NCBI GenBank assembly: GCA_965208835.1
Contig: OZ242358.1
Coordinates: forward strand, 896,001-960,000
Length of the DNA stretch: 64,000 nt
Origin: Candidatus Latescibacterota bacterium
Lineage (GTDB): Bacteria > Latescibacterota > UBA2968 > GCA-2709665
Reading direction: 5' to 3'
The notes under the pieces were generated by a model that did no database searches, was not told the DNA's origin, and saw only the letters and a program-made list of their open reading frames with translations. Made by a program: the position numbers and the translations under genes. Positions 29,301-38,100 of the stretch are shown one piece after another; position 1 is the stretch's first letter, and each line of letters starts with the position of its first letter.

Positions 29301-30695
29301 GGCATCGGCGGCGTTGCAGAGGTCTTCGGGCCCGACATCGTGCCCCCCCCTAACTTCATTCGTCGAGCTACGGCGGCGGTCGATTCCTTGGAGCCACGCC
29401 GCGAAGGCAGGTGTTCCGGGCACGCAAAGGCGGTCGTTCCCGGCAAAGCCCTGTTTGGTTCCGGTCAAGCTGAGCCAGCCGAGCTGCTCAAGCTGTAGCA
29501 TACTGGCCGGAAGCGGGCCTGACAGATCGTTGGCCGGCAGCCACAGACTTGTCAGGCCGGTGAGGTTGCCGAGCTCCGGGGGAATCGGGCCCGTGAGTTG
29601 GTTCTGGCCCAAAGAGAGGTCGCGCAGACCGGTGAGGTTGCCGAGCTCCGGGGGAATCGAGCCCGTGAAATTGTTGCCCTCCACGTGTAAATATTCCAAG
29701 TTGGCGAGGTTGCCGAGTTCCGGCGGGATGGTCCCGGTGAGGTTGGTGTATTGAAGGCTCAGGCTCGTCAGGTTGGTGAGATTGCCGAGTTCCGGCGGAA
29801 TCGGGCCACCAAGAGGCCCGCCGCAGTGGTTCAGGCCCAAGGACTTCAGCTTGGTGAGTTTGCCGAGTTCCGGCGGGATGGTCCCGCTGAGGTCAAGTCT
29901 CCCAAGATACAGGTACTCCAAGTTGGCCAGGTTGCCGAGTTCCGGGGGAATCGGGCTTGACAGACGAAAGTTGTGGCCGAGGTCCAGCCGCGTCAGATTG
30001 GCGAGGTTGCCGAGTTCCGGGGGAATCGGACCCGTGAGATTGTTTAAGTACAAGTTCAGCGACGTGAGGTTAGGCAGGTTGCCGAGCCAGGTCGGGATCG
30101 GACCACTGAGAGCGTTCCAGGACAGATCGAGCTCCCTCAGGTTGGAAAGGTCACCCAGCTGAAGTGGAAGCTCTCCCCGCAGGCCTTGCGCAAGCTGATC
30201 CTTGTCATAGTCCCATCTGCCACGAAGGACCAGGCGCGCAACGCGTCCTGACGCATCGGTGTACACGCCGTACCACTCCCCTAAGGGGGCGTCGGTGAGC
30301 CAGTTGGTGTTGTCCGGCCAGTTCGGCCCGTCCGTCGCGTTGTACAGCGCCACCAATACGTCCCGGTCTTCGGATGCAGGTGGCGGGGGCGGCGCAACCT
30401 CGCACGTGGTCGCGAAAACCCCGGCAAAGACCAAAAAATCAGACAGATCGATGGCGCCGCTACCGTCCATGTCCATTGCGGCCTCGTAATTGGCATCCCC
30501 TGAACGCGTACCAAACGCCCCCGCAAAGGCCAGGAAATCGGCCAGATTCACCTTCCCGTCCCCGTTGAAATCACCGGGGCATTGTGAGGATGGCGCGGAA
30601 GCGGCGTGTGTTTTCAGAATGCCCACATCTCGGTTCCAGGTCACTGCGACTAACGCCAGTGCCACGCAACTGCACAGAATCAGGATCCTCCACAT
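26304..30695 (-). CDS. Secreted dockerin-like/plant-type LRR/M66-like zinc metalloprotease, copy 1
   Basis: Hydrophobic N-terminus, GDFNGDGKVNLADF..DMDGSGAIDLSDF, three capped LRR blocks (L.L..N.L.G.IP.ELG), AHELGHNMSLGHAPC, DLMSYC. Confidence 0.92.
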   Translation of the reverse strand: MWRILILCSCVALALVAVTWNRDVGILKTHAASAPSSQCPGDFNGDGKVNLADFLAFAGAFGTRSGDANYEAAMDMDGSGAIDLSDFLVFAGVFATTCEVAPPPPPASEDRDVLVALYNATDGPNWPDNTNWLTDAPLGEWYGVYTDASGRVARLVLRGRWDYDKDQLAQGLRGELPLQLGDLSNLRELDLSWNALSGPIPTWLGNLPNLTSLNLYLNNLTGPIPPELGNLANLTRLDLGHNFRLSSPIPPELGNLANLEYLYLGRLDLSGTIPPELGKLTKLKSLGLNHCGGPLGGPIPPELGNLTNLTSLSLQYTNLTGTIPPELGNLANLEYLHVEGNNFTGSIPPELGNLTGLRDLSLGQNQLTGPIPPELGNLTGLTSLWLPANDLSGPLPASMLQLEQLGWLSLTGTKQGFAGNDRLCVPGTPAFAAWLQGIDRRRSSTNEVRGGHDVGPEDLCNAADAVALRALYDATGGTGWTRSDGWLDDDDLGKWHGVAVDSTGRVKRVDLVGNGLSGELPSGLSDLGVMTVLRIGDNALAGRLPLSLTRIPLREFNYAETGLCAPAEKSFQTWLNDIPSHQGTGAECTPLSQRDMLTQFYKSTNGHNWTEGRNWLTSAPIKEWHGVELDANGNVSGLVLGSNSLTGAIPIELGYLGSLKRLDLDGNDLSGPILPEIGDLESLMELDLSGNSLSGAIPPELGGLDSLESLRLGENDFSGPIPPEVGDLESLMELDLGGNSLSGAIPPELGDLIGLRRMNLRWNTLSGTIPPKLGDLESLMELDLSGNSLSGAIPTELGDLIGLRRMNLRWNTHSGTIPPELGDLESLVELDLSGNSLSGAIPTELGDLESLEWLNLGGNDLSGTIPSEFGNLTMMSDLNLASNALSGTIPPEFGNLTMMSDLNLTSNDLSGPIPPELGRMSMLWKFHVAGNSGMNGALPTELTALARLETLLAGGTGLCVPADPVFQAWLEGINKRWIARCTESAAYLTQAVQSRVFPAPLVAREKALLRVFLTAQESTDAGIPPVTARFYRDGWETHVVEIPGQSTPIPTKVQEGDLAKSANAEIPGAVVQPGLEMVIEIDPEGTLDSALGVARRIPEEGRLEVEVKAMPLFDLTLVPFVRTETHDSTIVDLVKAMAADPDDHEMLADMHSLLPVEEVAVTAHDPVLSSNDNGFDLLRQTRAIRALEGGTGHYMGMMPNPSGLLSGVAFRPGRSSFVVPRADAIAHELGHNMSLGHAPCGVAGDPSYPYSDGSVGAWGYDFGNGGKLMHPSNMDLMSYCQPRWISSYHFANALRFRLLDEGAPPAAALPTQSILLWGGVGTDTVPFLEPAFVVDATPMLPDSAGEWRITGRAADGRRLFDLSFAMPEVAHSDGAGGFAFTLPTRSAWADALASITLSGPTGEAILDGTSNNPMAILRDLKSGQVRGFLSDLTAEETAQAAGGSFAAKPGTEVLFSRGIPDLR

Positions 30696-30761
30696 AGCTG
30701 CCTCCCAGTTTTCGTCATTTGAACTGTGACATCCTTAACGTGCTGGTGCGATGCTTCCAGA

Positions 30762-33700
30762 TTATTGGAGTTCCGGGATACCCCTGCTGAAGATCACTTC
30801 CACACCCGGCTTGGCCGCAAACGAGCCACCCGCCGCCTGCGCCGTTTCTTCCGCGGTAAGGTCCGACAGGAATCCGCGTACCTGGCCCGATTTCAGATCG
30901 CGCAGGATGGCCATCGGACGGTCCGTGCTCCCGTCCAGCGTGGCCGAACCGCCGGGACCTGAAAGCGTGATGCTCGCCAGGCTGCCGGCCCACTCGGGCT
31001 GCAACGGCAGGGCGAACACGAAGCTGGTCTCTTCGCCCTCGGCGTCTGCAGTGACCGGCATATCGAACGCGTATGAGAAGGCGGGCATCCCGTCAACGGT
31101 CTCCCCTTCGATTGTGTACTCTCCGCCCGCGGGAGGAAGCGAACGCATCGCGTCAACGACGAAGGCGGGATCGAGATATGGGGCGCCGTCCTTGTTCAGT
31201 CCGCCCCATACAAGGAGAGCGGGCACGGGATCGGCCTGTGTGGCAAGCTTAGCCGCAGTGGAGGTTTCGCTTGCGAGGCGGTGATTGAGCGATTTGTTGA
31301 AATGGTAGTCGCTGATCCAATGGGGGTCCCTGCAGTAGGACATGAGGTCGTATGCGGTTGGCGGCACCAGGGCAGTCCGGTCAAAGTCGTACCCCCAGGA
31401 TCCAATGCGTGCGGTAGCGGAGGGAAACAACGGATCGGGACCCAGAGCGTCGCCACAGGGCGCGTGTCCAAGCCCCAGGTTGTGTCCCAATTCGTGGGCC
31501 ATGTAATAGGGGCGAGCCAGTGACACGCTGGCGCGACCTGGCGTATGCGCTACGCCTCCCGGCCAGAGACGCCTGGTATTCCCGACCGTATGCAACTGCA
31601 AAGTGAACAGGCCCATCCAATGTCCTGAACCGCCTTCGAGGAGGCGCATCGCCTCGACCTGGGCCAATAGCTTGTGGGGATTCGGGTCTTCTGCGAGCAC
31701 CGGTGCGTGTGCGGTTATGTCCAGGTCTCCGATTGCCAAGAGCGTTCGAACGTCACTGAGCGACTCGTGACCGTGCGGGTCCGACGCCATTTGGTCAATC
31801 AGCCTCACAACCGAGGAATCTTCTCCCTGCCCCAGAAGTGGCACGAGCGTGAGGTCGAAGCGCGGCACGCTACGCACATCGATGTCCAGCATACCCGAAT
31901 CGGGAATCCGCCGCGTCACGCCCAGCGTCGGATCGAGCATCCCGTTCGGATCCACCTCGATAACCATTTGCAATCCCGGCCCGATAACTTCCCCTGGTAT
32001 CTCGACGTTGGCAGAACGTGAAAGATCGTCCTCAACGACGTTCGCGGGCAACCGCCCGTTGCCCGCGTCGACGGTAACGGCATGCCGTTCGGAGCCGTTC
32101 ACATAGAACGTGGCCTTGACCGCCGGTATCGTCACATTCCTGTCCTGCGGCCCGGTCACGAAGACGCGCAGCAACGCTTTCTCGCCTGCAAGCAGCGGCA
32201 CGGGATCGCTCCACGACTGCACCGCCTGGGTCAGGTACACTGAGTGGCCGGCCAGGCACGGCGTAAGACGACGATTCGATATGCCGGCGAACCAATCGTC
32301 GAAACGCGGTTCCGCAGGCAGGCACAGGCTCGTGTTTCCCGCCAGCAGGCGCTCGAGCTGGCCGAGCGCGGTGATGCCCGCGGGCACGGGGCCAGACAAC
32401 CCGGGGTTCTCGGCGACGATCAGCGACTTGAGACCCGTCAGCCGCGAGTATTCTGGCGGAATCGGACCCGACAGCTCATTCGACCTCACGTCGAGCACCT
32501 GCAGCTTGGTAGCGCGCCCCAGTCGCGGCGGCAGGGGTCCTGTGATCCGGTTGTCGGACAGATTCAAATGGATCAGGTTCTGCGCATTTGAGCCCAGGTC
32601 CGGAGGAATCGGTCCTGTCAACTCGTTTTTCGACAGACTCATGTGCTCGAGACGTTCCAGGGTGCCAAAATGCGGCGGAATACGGCCGGACAACCGGTTG
32701 TCGGAAGCATCCAGGTGACGCAGCGAACGACACTCTCCGAGTTCCCATGGAATCTCGCCTTCGAGCCGGTTGTTGGAGATGTTGAGAGATTCCAAGCGGG
32801 GCAGCCCCCTGGCGAGGGCAGGCGGGATCGGACCCGATAAGCGGTTCACGTCCAAATGCAGATTCACAAGGTTTTCCAGATTGCCGAGCCCTTCGGGGAT
32901 TGGGCCTCCGAGGCGATTTTGCGAGAGGATGAGCGATTGCAGTTGCAACAGATCCCCCAGAACCGGCGGAATCGGACCAGAGAGCTCATTACTCGAGAGG
33001 TCCAAAGACTCAAGTTTGCGGAGTCTGCCGAGTTCGACGGGAATCGCCCCGCCGAGTTGATTCACCGAAAGGTCGAGTACTCGCAGATCTTCCGAGGCGC
33101 CCAGTTCTAATGGAATCCGGTTGTGAAGCCGGTTGTTGCGGAGCTGAAGCGTCATTAGTGCGGACAACTGCCCGAGTTCCACAGGAACAGTGCCTGACAG
33201 GCGGTTATCGGCCAAGTGCAGCGCCACGACCCGTCCTGAGGCGTCGGTCTCCACGCCGTGCCAATCTCCCAGCGGCGCGTCGGTCAGCCAACCCTCACTT
33301 TTGGTCCAATTCCCGCCATCCGTGCTGCCGTAGACGGTCTCAAGGATCTCCCGGTCCGTGAGGGGGGGACACGGAACACCCGTTCCGGTAACGTGTGCAA
33401 TGCCGCTCAGCCACGACCGGTAGCCTGGATCGTCCGCCACGCACAGGGAGGTACCGCCGTATTCGAGGACTTCCATTGACGTATTGGCCAGCAACAGGGG
33501 CAATCTACCCCTCAGCGCGTTGTGCCCGATCCTGAGTTCGGTCAGGCTGGTGATCTGCCCGAGGACTTCCGGAAGCCGTCCCGACAGCCCGTTGCCGGTC
33601 AGGTCGAGGGCGGAGACCCTCCCGTCCGAACCGGTCGAGACGCCGTGCCATCGGTTCAGGTCCTCATCTCTCGGCCATCCGACGGAACGCGTCCAGCCGG

Positions 33701-35153
33701 GACCATTGGCGACTGCGTACAACGCTGCCAATGCACGCTTGTCGACCTCGTCGCAGAACAGGATATCCACCGGGTAATTGCCACGACCGCGGGCTTCCAC
33801 GTCCTGCAGCCATCTCTTGAACTCGGCCGTTGCCGGCAGGCATACGCCTTCAGTTCTTCGGCAACCCAGTGAGTTCAGCTTGTCCAATTTTAGAAAGCTG
33901 CGCGGTATAGAGCCGGTAAGCGGGTTCCCATCCAGGCTGAGGCGAGTCAGGTTGACGAGGTTGCCGAGCTCCGGCGGTACACGGCCCGTCAGGAGATTGG
34001 AGCCAAGCCCCAATGCCTCCAACTTCATGAGGTTGCCGAGCTCCGGCGGAATCGGCCCCGTCAACTCATTGATACCCAGAAACAGGATTCTAAGTTGCTT
34101 ACATTCGGCCAGCCGCGACGGAATTCGGCCCGTCAACTGATTGGTATGCAGCGACAGCCACCGCAACTCGTCGAGGTTCCCCAGTTCGGGCGGAATCGGC
34201 CCCGTTAGATTGTTAAGGGAGAGGGACAGACTCCGAAGGTTGGTGAGGCTGCCCAGTCGCGCCGGGATCGCACCGTCGAGCTCGTTCAAATATAAGCTCA
34301 GTTCCGTTAGCTCGGTGAGCTTGCCCAACTCCGGCGGTATGACGCCTTCCAATTGGTTGCGGTCGAGACGCAGAACTGTGAGCCTGGAAAGTCTGCCCAA
34401 TTCCGGCGGAATTTGACCCGTCAACTGATTGCCATACAGAAACAGGTTTTTCAGCGCGGCAAGGTTGCCCAGCTCCGGCGGTATTGTACCCTGCAGCAGG
34501 TTGCCACCGAGCGACAGGGACATCAAACTTGCAAGTCGGCCGAGTTCCGGTGGGATCGGCCCCGTCAGGCTGTTGTTAAAGAGGACGAGCCTCTCCAAGT
34601 TCGTGAGATCCCCTAGCTCAGGTGGCATCGGTCCCAGGAGGCCATTGCCGGGGAATTGTCCTCGTTCTTCGTCCCAGACGCCGCGCAAATCAAGCACGAT
34701 CACTCGCCCTGACGCGTCCGTTTCCACCCCGAACCAATCCCCAAGCGGCGCGCCGGTCAGCCAGTTGGTGTTGTCGATCCAGTTCGGTCCGTCGGTCGCA
34801 TTGTACAGCGCAACCAGCGCCGCGCGGTCCTCGCTGACCGAACCGCGAGGGCGGTCTTCGCAGTTGGTCCCGAATACCCCTGCAAAGGCCAGGAAATCTG
34901 ACAGATCAATGGCCCCGCTGCCGTTCAGGTCCAGACGCGTGTTGTAGTTGGCGTCTCCTGACCTGGCGCCGAAGCCGCCGGCAAAGGCCAGGAAGTCCGC
35001 GAGGTTGACCTTCCCGTCCCCATTGAAATCACCGGGACAGTTCGCGGACTGCGCAGACGCGGCAGGCGGTTTTATAACGCTGATGTCTCCGGTCCACGTT
35101 GCAACGACAAGAGCCAATGTCGCGAAAATGCCTATAACCAGAACGCTCCGCAT
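30762..35153 (-). CDS. Secreted dockerin-like/plant-type LRR/M66-like zinc metalloprotease, copy 2
   Basis: Same architecture; AHELGHNLGLGHAPC, DLMSYC; AGGAGG RBS. Confidence 0.92.
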   Translation of the reverse strand: MRSVLVIGIFATLALVVATWTGDISVIKPPAASAQSANCPGDFNGDGKVNLADFLAFAGGFGARSGDANYNTRLDLNGSGAIDLSDFLAFAGVFGTNCEDRPRGSVSEDRAALVALYNATDGPNWIDNTNWLTGAPLGDWFGVETDASGRVIVLDLRGVWDEERGQFPGNGLLGPMPPELGDLTNLERLVLFNNSLTGPIPPELGRLASLMSLSLGGNLLQGTIPPELGNLAALKNLFLYGNQLTGQIPPELGRLSRLTVLRLDRNQLEGVIPPELGKLTELTELSLYLNELDGAIPARLGSLTNLRSLSLSLNNLTGPIPPELGNLDELRWLSLHTNQLTGRIPSRLAECKQLRILFLGINELTGPIPPELGNLMKLEALGLGSNLLTGRVPPELGNLVNLTRLSLDGNPLTGSIPRSFLKLDKLNSLGCRRTEGVCLPATAEFKRWLQDVEARGRGNYPVDILFCDEVDKRALAALYAVANGPGWTRSVGWPRDEDLNRWHGVSTGSDGRVSALDLTGNGLSGRLPEVLGQITSLTELRIGHNALRGRLPLLLANTSMEVLEYGGTSLCVADDPGYRSWLSGIAHVTGTGVPCPPLTDREILETVYGSTDGGNWTKSEGWLTDAPLGDWHGVETDASGRVVALHLADNRLSGTVPVELGQLSALMTLQLRNNRLHNRIPLELGASEDLRVLDLSVNQLGGAIPVELGRLRKLESLDLSSNELSGPIPPVLGDLLQLQSLILSQNRLGGPIPEGLGNLENLVNLHLDVNRLSGPIPPALARGLPRLESLNISNNRLEGEIPWELGECRSLRHLDASDNRLSGRIPPHFGTLERLEHMSLSKNELTGPIPPDLGSNAQNLIHLNLSDNRITGPLPPRLGRATKLQVLDVRSNELSGPIPPEYSRLTGLKSLIVAENPGLSGPVPAGITALGQLERLLAGNTSLCLPAEPRFDDWFAGISNRRLTPCLAGHSVYLTQAVQSWSDPVPLLAGEKALLRVFVTGPQDRNVTIPAVKATFYVNGSERHAVTVDAGNGRLPANVVEDDLSRSANVEIPGEVIGPGLQMVIEVDPNGMLDPTLGVTRRIPDSGMLDIDVRSVPRFDLTLVPLLGQGEDSSVVRLIDQMASDPHGHESLSDVRTLLAIGDLDITAHAPVLAEDPNPHKLLAQVEAMRLLEGGSGHWMGLFTLQLHTVGNTRRLWPGGVAHTPGRASVSLARPYYMAHELGHNLGLGHAPCGDALGPDPLFPSATARIGSWGYDFDRTALVPPTAYDLMSYCRDPHWISDYHFNKSLNHRLASETSTAAKLATQADPVPALLVWGGLNKDGAPYLDPAFVVDAMRSLPPAGGEYTIEGETVDGMPAFSYAFDMPVTADAEGEETSFVFALPLQPEWAGSLASITLSGPGGSATLDGSTDRPMAILRDLKSGQVRGFLSDLTAEETAQAAGGSFAAKPGVEVIFSRGIPELQ

Positions 35154-35194
35154 TTCTTCCTCCTATGACTCGTCACTGAAACATTGCTCACTCC

Positions 35195-38100
35195 TCACCG
35201 AAGATCTGGGATACCCCGGCTGAAGAGCACTTCCGTTCCAGGCTTGGCCGCGAAGGCGCCTTCCGCCGCCTGTGCCGCTTCCTCCGCGGTAAGGTCCGAC
35301 AGGAAGCCGCGTACCTGGCCCGATTTCAGATCGCGCAGGATGGCCATCGGACGGTCCGTGCTCCCGTCCAGCGTGGCTGAGCCACCGGGACCGGACAGTG
35401 TGATGCTCGCCAGGCTGCCGGCCCACTCGGGCTGCATAGGCAGGGTGAATACGAAGCTGGTTTCTTTGCCCTCGGCGTCTGCAGTGACCGGCATATCGAA
35501 CGCGTATGAGAAGACGGGCGTCCCATCAGCGGTCGCTCCCTCCACGGTATACTCCCCGCCTGCTGACGGCAGCGACGGCGAGGACTCAACGACGAAGGTG
35601 GGATCCAGATACGGGACCCCGTCCTTGTCCCGTCCGCCCCAAAGCAGGAGAGTTGGAACAGGATCGATCCGTGTTGCCAGTTTTGCCGCCGCGTCGACGC
35701 CCTCGACCAGACGGTGGCGGAGCGCCTTGTTGAAGTGGTAGTCGCTGATCCAGTAATCGCCACTCAGGCAGTACGACATGATTTCAGGCGTGCTTGGCAT
35801 CACAAGCGCCTTCTCCACCAAGTCGTATCCCCACGCTCCCGTATTTCCGAGTTCATAAGGAAACCAGGGGTCGACATCGTCCGGATTGCCACAGGGGGCG
35901 TGTTGTAGCCCGAGGTTGTGTCCGAGTTCGTGCGCCATGATCGAGGCATCAAGGATTGACACGCTGGTCGGCCGGCCCAAGTCCGCCACTCCCGGCGGGA
36001 GCACGTAGTACCAGTTAGAGCCACCGATCCTCGGCGGCGATTCCATTGCGCCCATCCAGTATCCCGTGCCACCCTCCATGAGGCGAATTGCATTGGTTTG
36101 TCCAAGCAGCCGGTGCGGGTCACGGAAGGACGTGGTAACAGGCTCGTGCGCCGCGACAGCCAACTCTGAAATCGGAAGCATCCGACGCATGTCGGCGAGC
36201 AACTCGTGACCGACGGGGTCCTCCGCCATCGCCCGGACGGACTCACCAATGGACAAGTCCGGTTCGGTCTCGTGGAGAAGCGGGACAAGCGTCAGGTGCA
36301 AGGGTGGGACGGCCCGCACGTCTGCAGCCATGCGGCCTTCCGCGGGAATCCGCTTCGTCACGCCGAGCGACGGATCCAGGGCACCTGCCGGGTCGACTTC
36401 GATCACCATCTCCATGCCGGGAGAGATGATCCTGGCTGGTATCTCGGCGTTGGCCGATAACGCTAGATCGCTCTCGGTCACTTTTATCGGAATGGAGCGG
36501 GAACCGGGGTCAATGCGTACAATGTGCCGCTCGGCGCCGTCCACATAGAAGGTGGCTCGTACGTCGGGCATTGTGACCGTGCCGCTACCGGGCGCTGTCA
36601 CGAAGACCCGCAGCAGTGCGGGCTCGCCAGCCAGCAGCGGAACGGGATCGTCCCAGGATTGTACGGTCTGGGTCAGATATACCGCGGCGCCCCCTTCGCA
36701 GCGGACCAGACGCCGTTCGGGTATGGCGCCGAACCATGCATCGAAACCGGCGTCCGCGGGCCGGCAAAGTCCCGTGCTTCCCGTCATCAACAGCTCCAGG
36801 CGTCCAAGCGCCGTGATGGCAGAAGGCAGCGGTCCCGTCAGATCAGGGTTGTCCGCGAGAACCAGCGATTTCAGCAGCGTGAGGTTGCCGAATTCAGGCG
36901 GTACCGGCCCGGAAAGGGAGTTGGACCGCAGATCGAGTTTCACCAGCTTGCCGGCGCGGCCCAGTTCGGCGGGCAACCGCCCGGTCAACCGGTTGTCACC
37001 GAGAACCAGTTCGGCGAGGTTCGCAAGTGCGCCCAGCCTGGAAGGAATCGGACCCGAGAGTTGGTTTTCGGCCAGATTCACCCAGGCCAGTTTGGCGACG
37101 CGGCCGATCTCCTCCGGAATTCCGCCGCTGAGTTGATTCGACTTGAGGGACAATCGCTCCAGCCGGTTAAGATTGCCAAATTCCGGCGGGATAGATCCCG
37201 AGAGTTGGTTATCGGCCAGATTCAATCTGGCCAGGTTGGAGAGACGGCCGATCTCCTCCGGAATTCCCCCGCTGAGTTGATTCGACTTGAGGGACAATCG
37301 CTCCAAACGGTTCAGAGACCCAATATTTGGCGGGATAGATCCCGAGAGTTGGTTATCGGCCAGACTCAGTATGACCAGGTTGGCAAGACGGCCGATCTCA
37401 TCCGGAATCCCGCCACTGAAGTGATTCCAACCGAGTTCGAGCTGCTCCAGACGGCCCAGCGCGCCAACCTTTTGCGGAATCGGGCCGGATAGGTTGTTCG
37501 AGGCCAGATCCAACACGCGCAACTCGGACAGCTGACCTATTTCCTGCGGAATCGCATCCGAAAGCTTATTGCCGTGCAGGTTCAGGTCTGTCAGTTTCGA
37601 CAACGCGCCGACTTCTGCCGGAATCGGCCCCGTTAGCGTGTTGTTGTTAAGTTTCAGTGAGCGTAGCTCGGAAAGCCGACCTATTTCCTGAGGGATCGCA
37701 TCCGAAAGCCGGTTGCTGCCGAGGCGAAGGTGGATCAGGGCAGACAACGCGCCGATTTCGGACGGAATCGACCCGGACAAACCGTTGTTCGCCAAGTTAA
37801 GTCCTATGACCCGTCCTTCTGCATCGGCTTCTACGCCGTGCCACTGCGCCAGCGGGGCATCGGTCATCCAGCGTGTACTCTCGCGCCAGTTCGGACCGTC
37901 CGTTCCACGGTACAACCACTCGAGCGCCTCGCGTTCGGTGAGTGGCGGACACTGCACGCCCGTTCCCCGGTGGCGTGGGATGCCGTTCAGCCACCGGCGG
38001 AAGCCGGCGTCGTCCGCCACGCAAAGGGCCGTCCCGGCGTAGTCGAACTGCTCCAACCGCAGGTCTGCAAGTGACAGGGGCACACGGCCGCTCAGCACGT

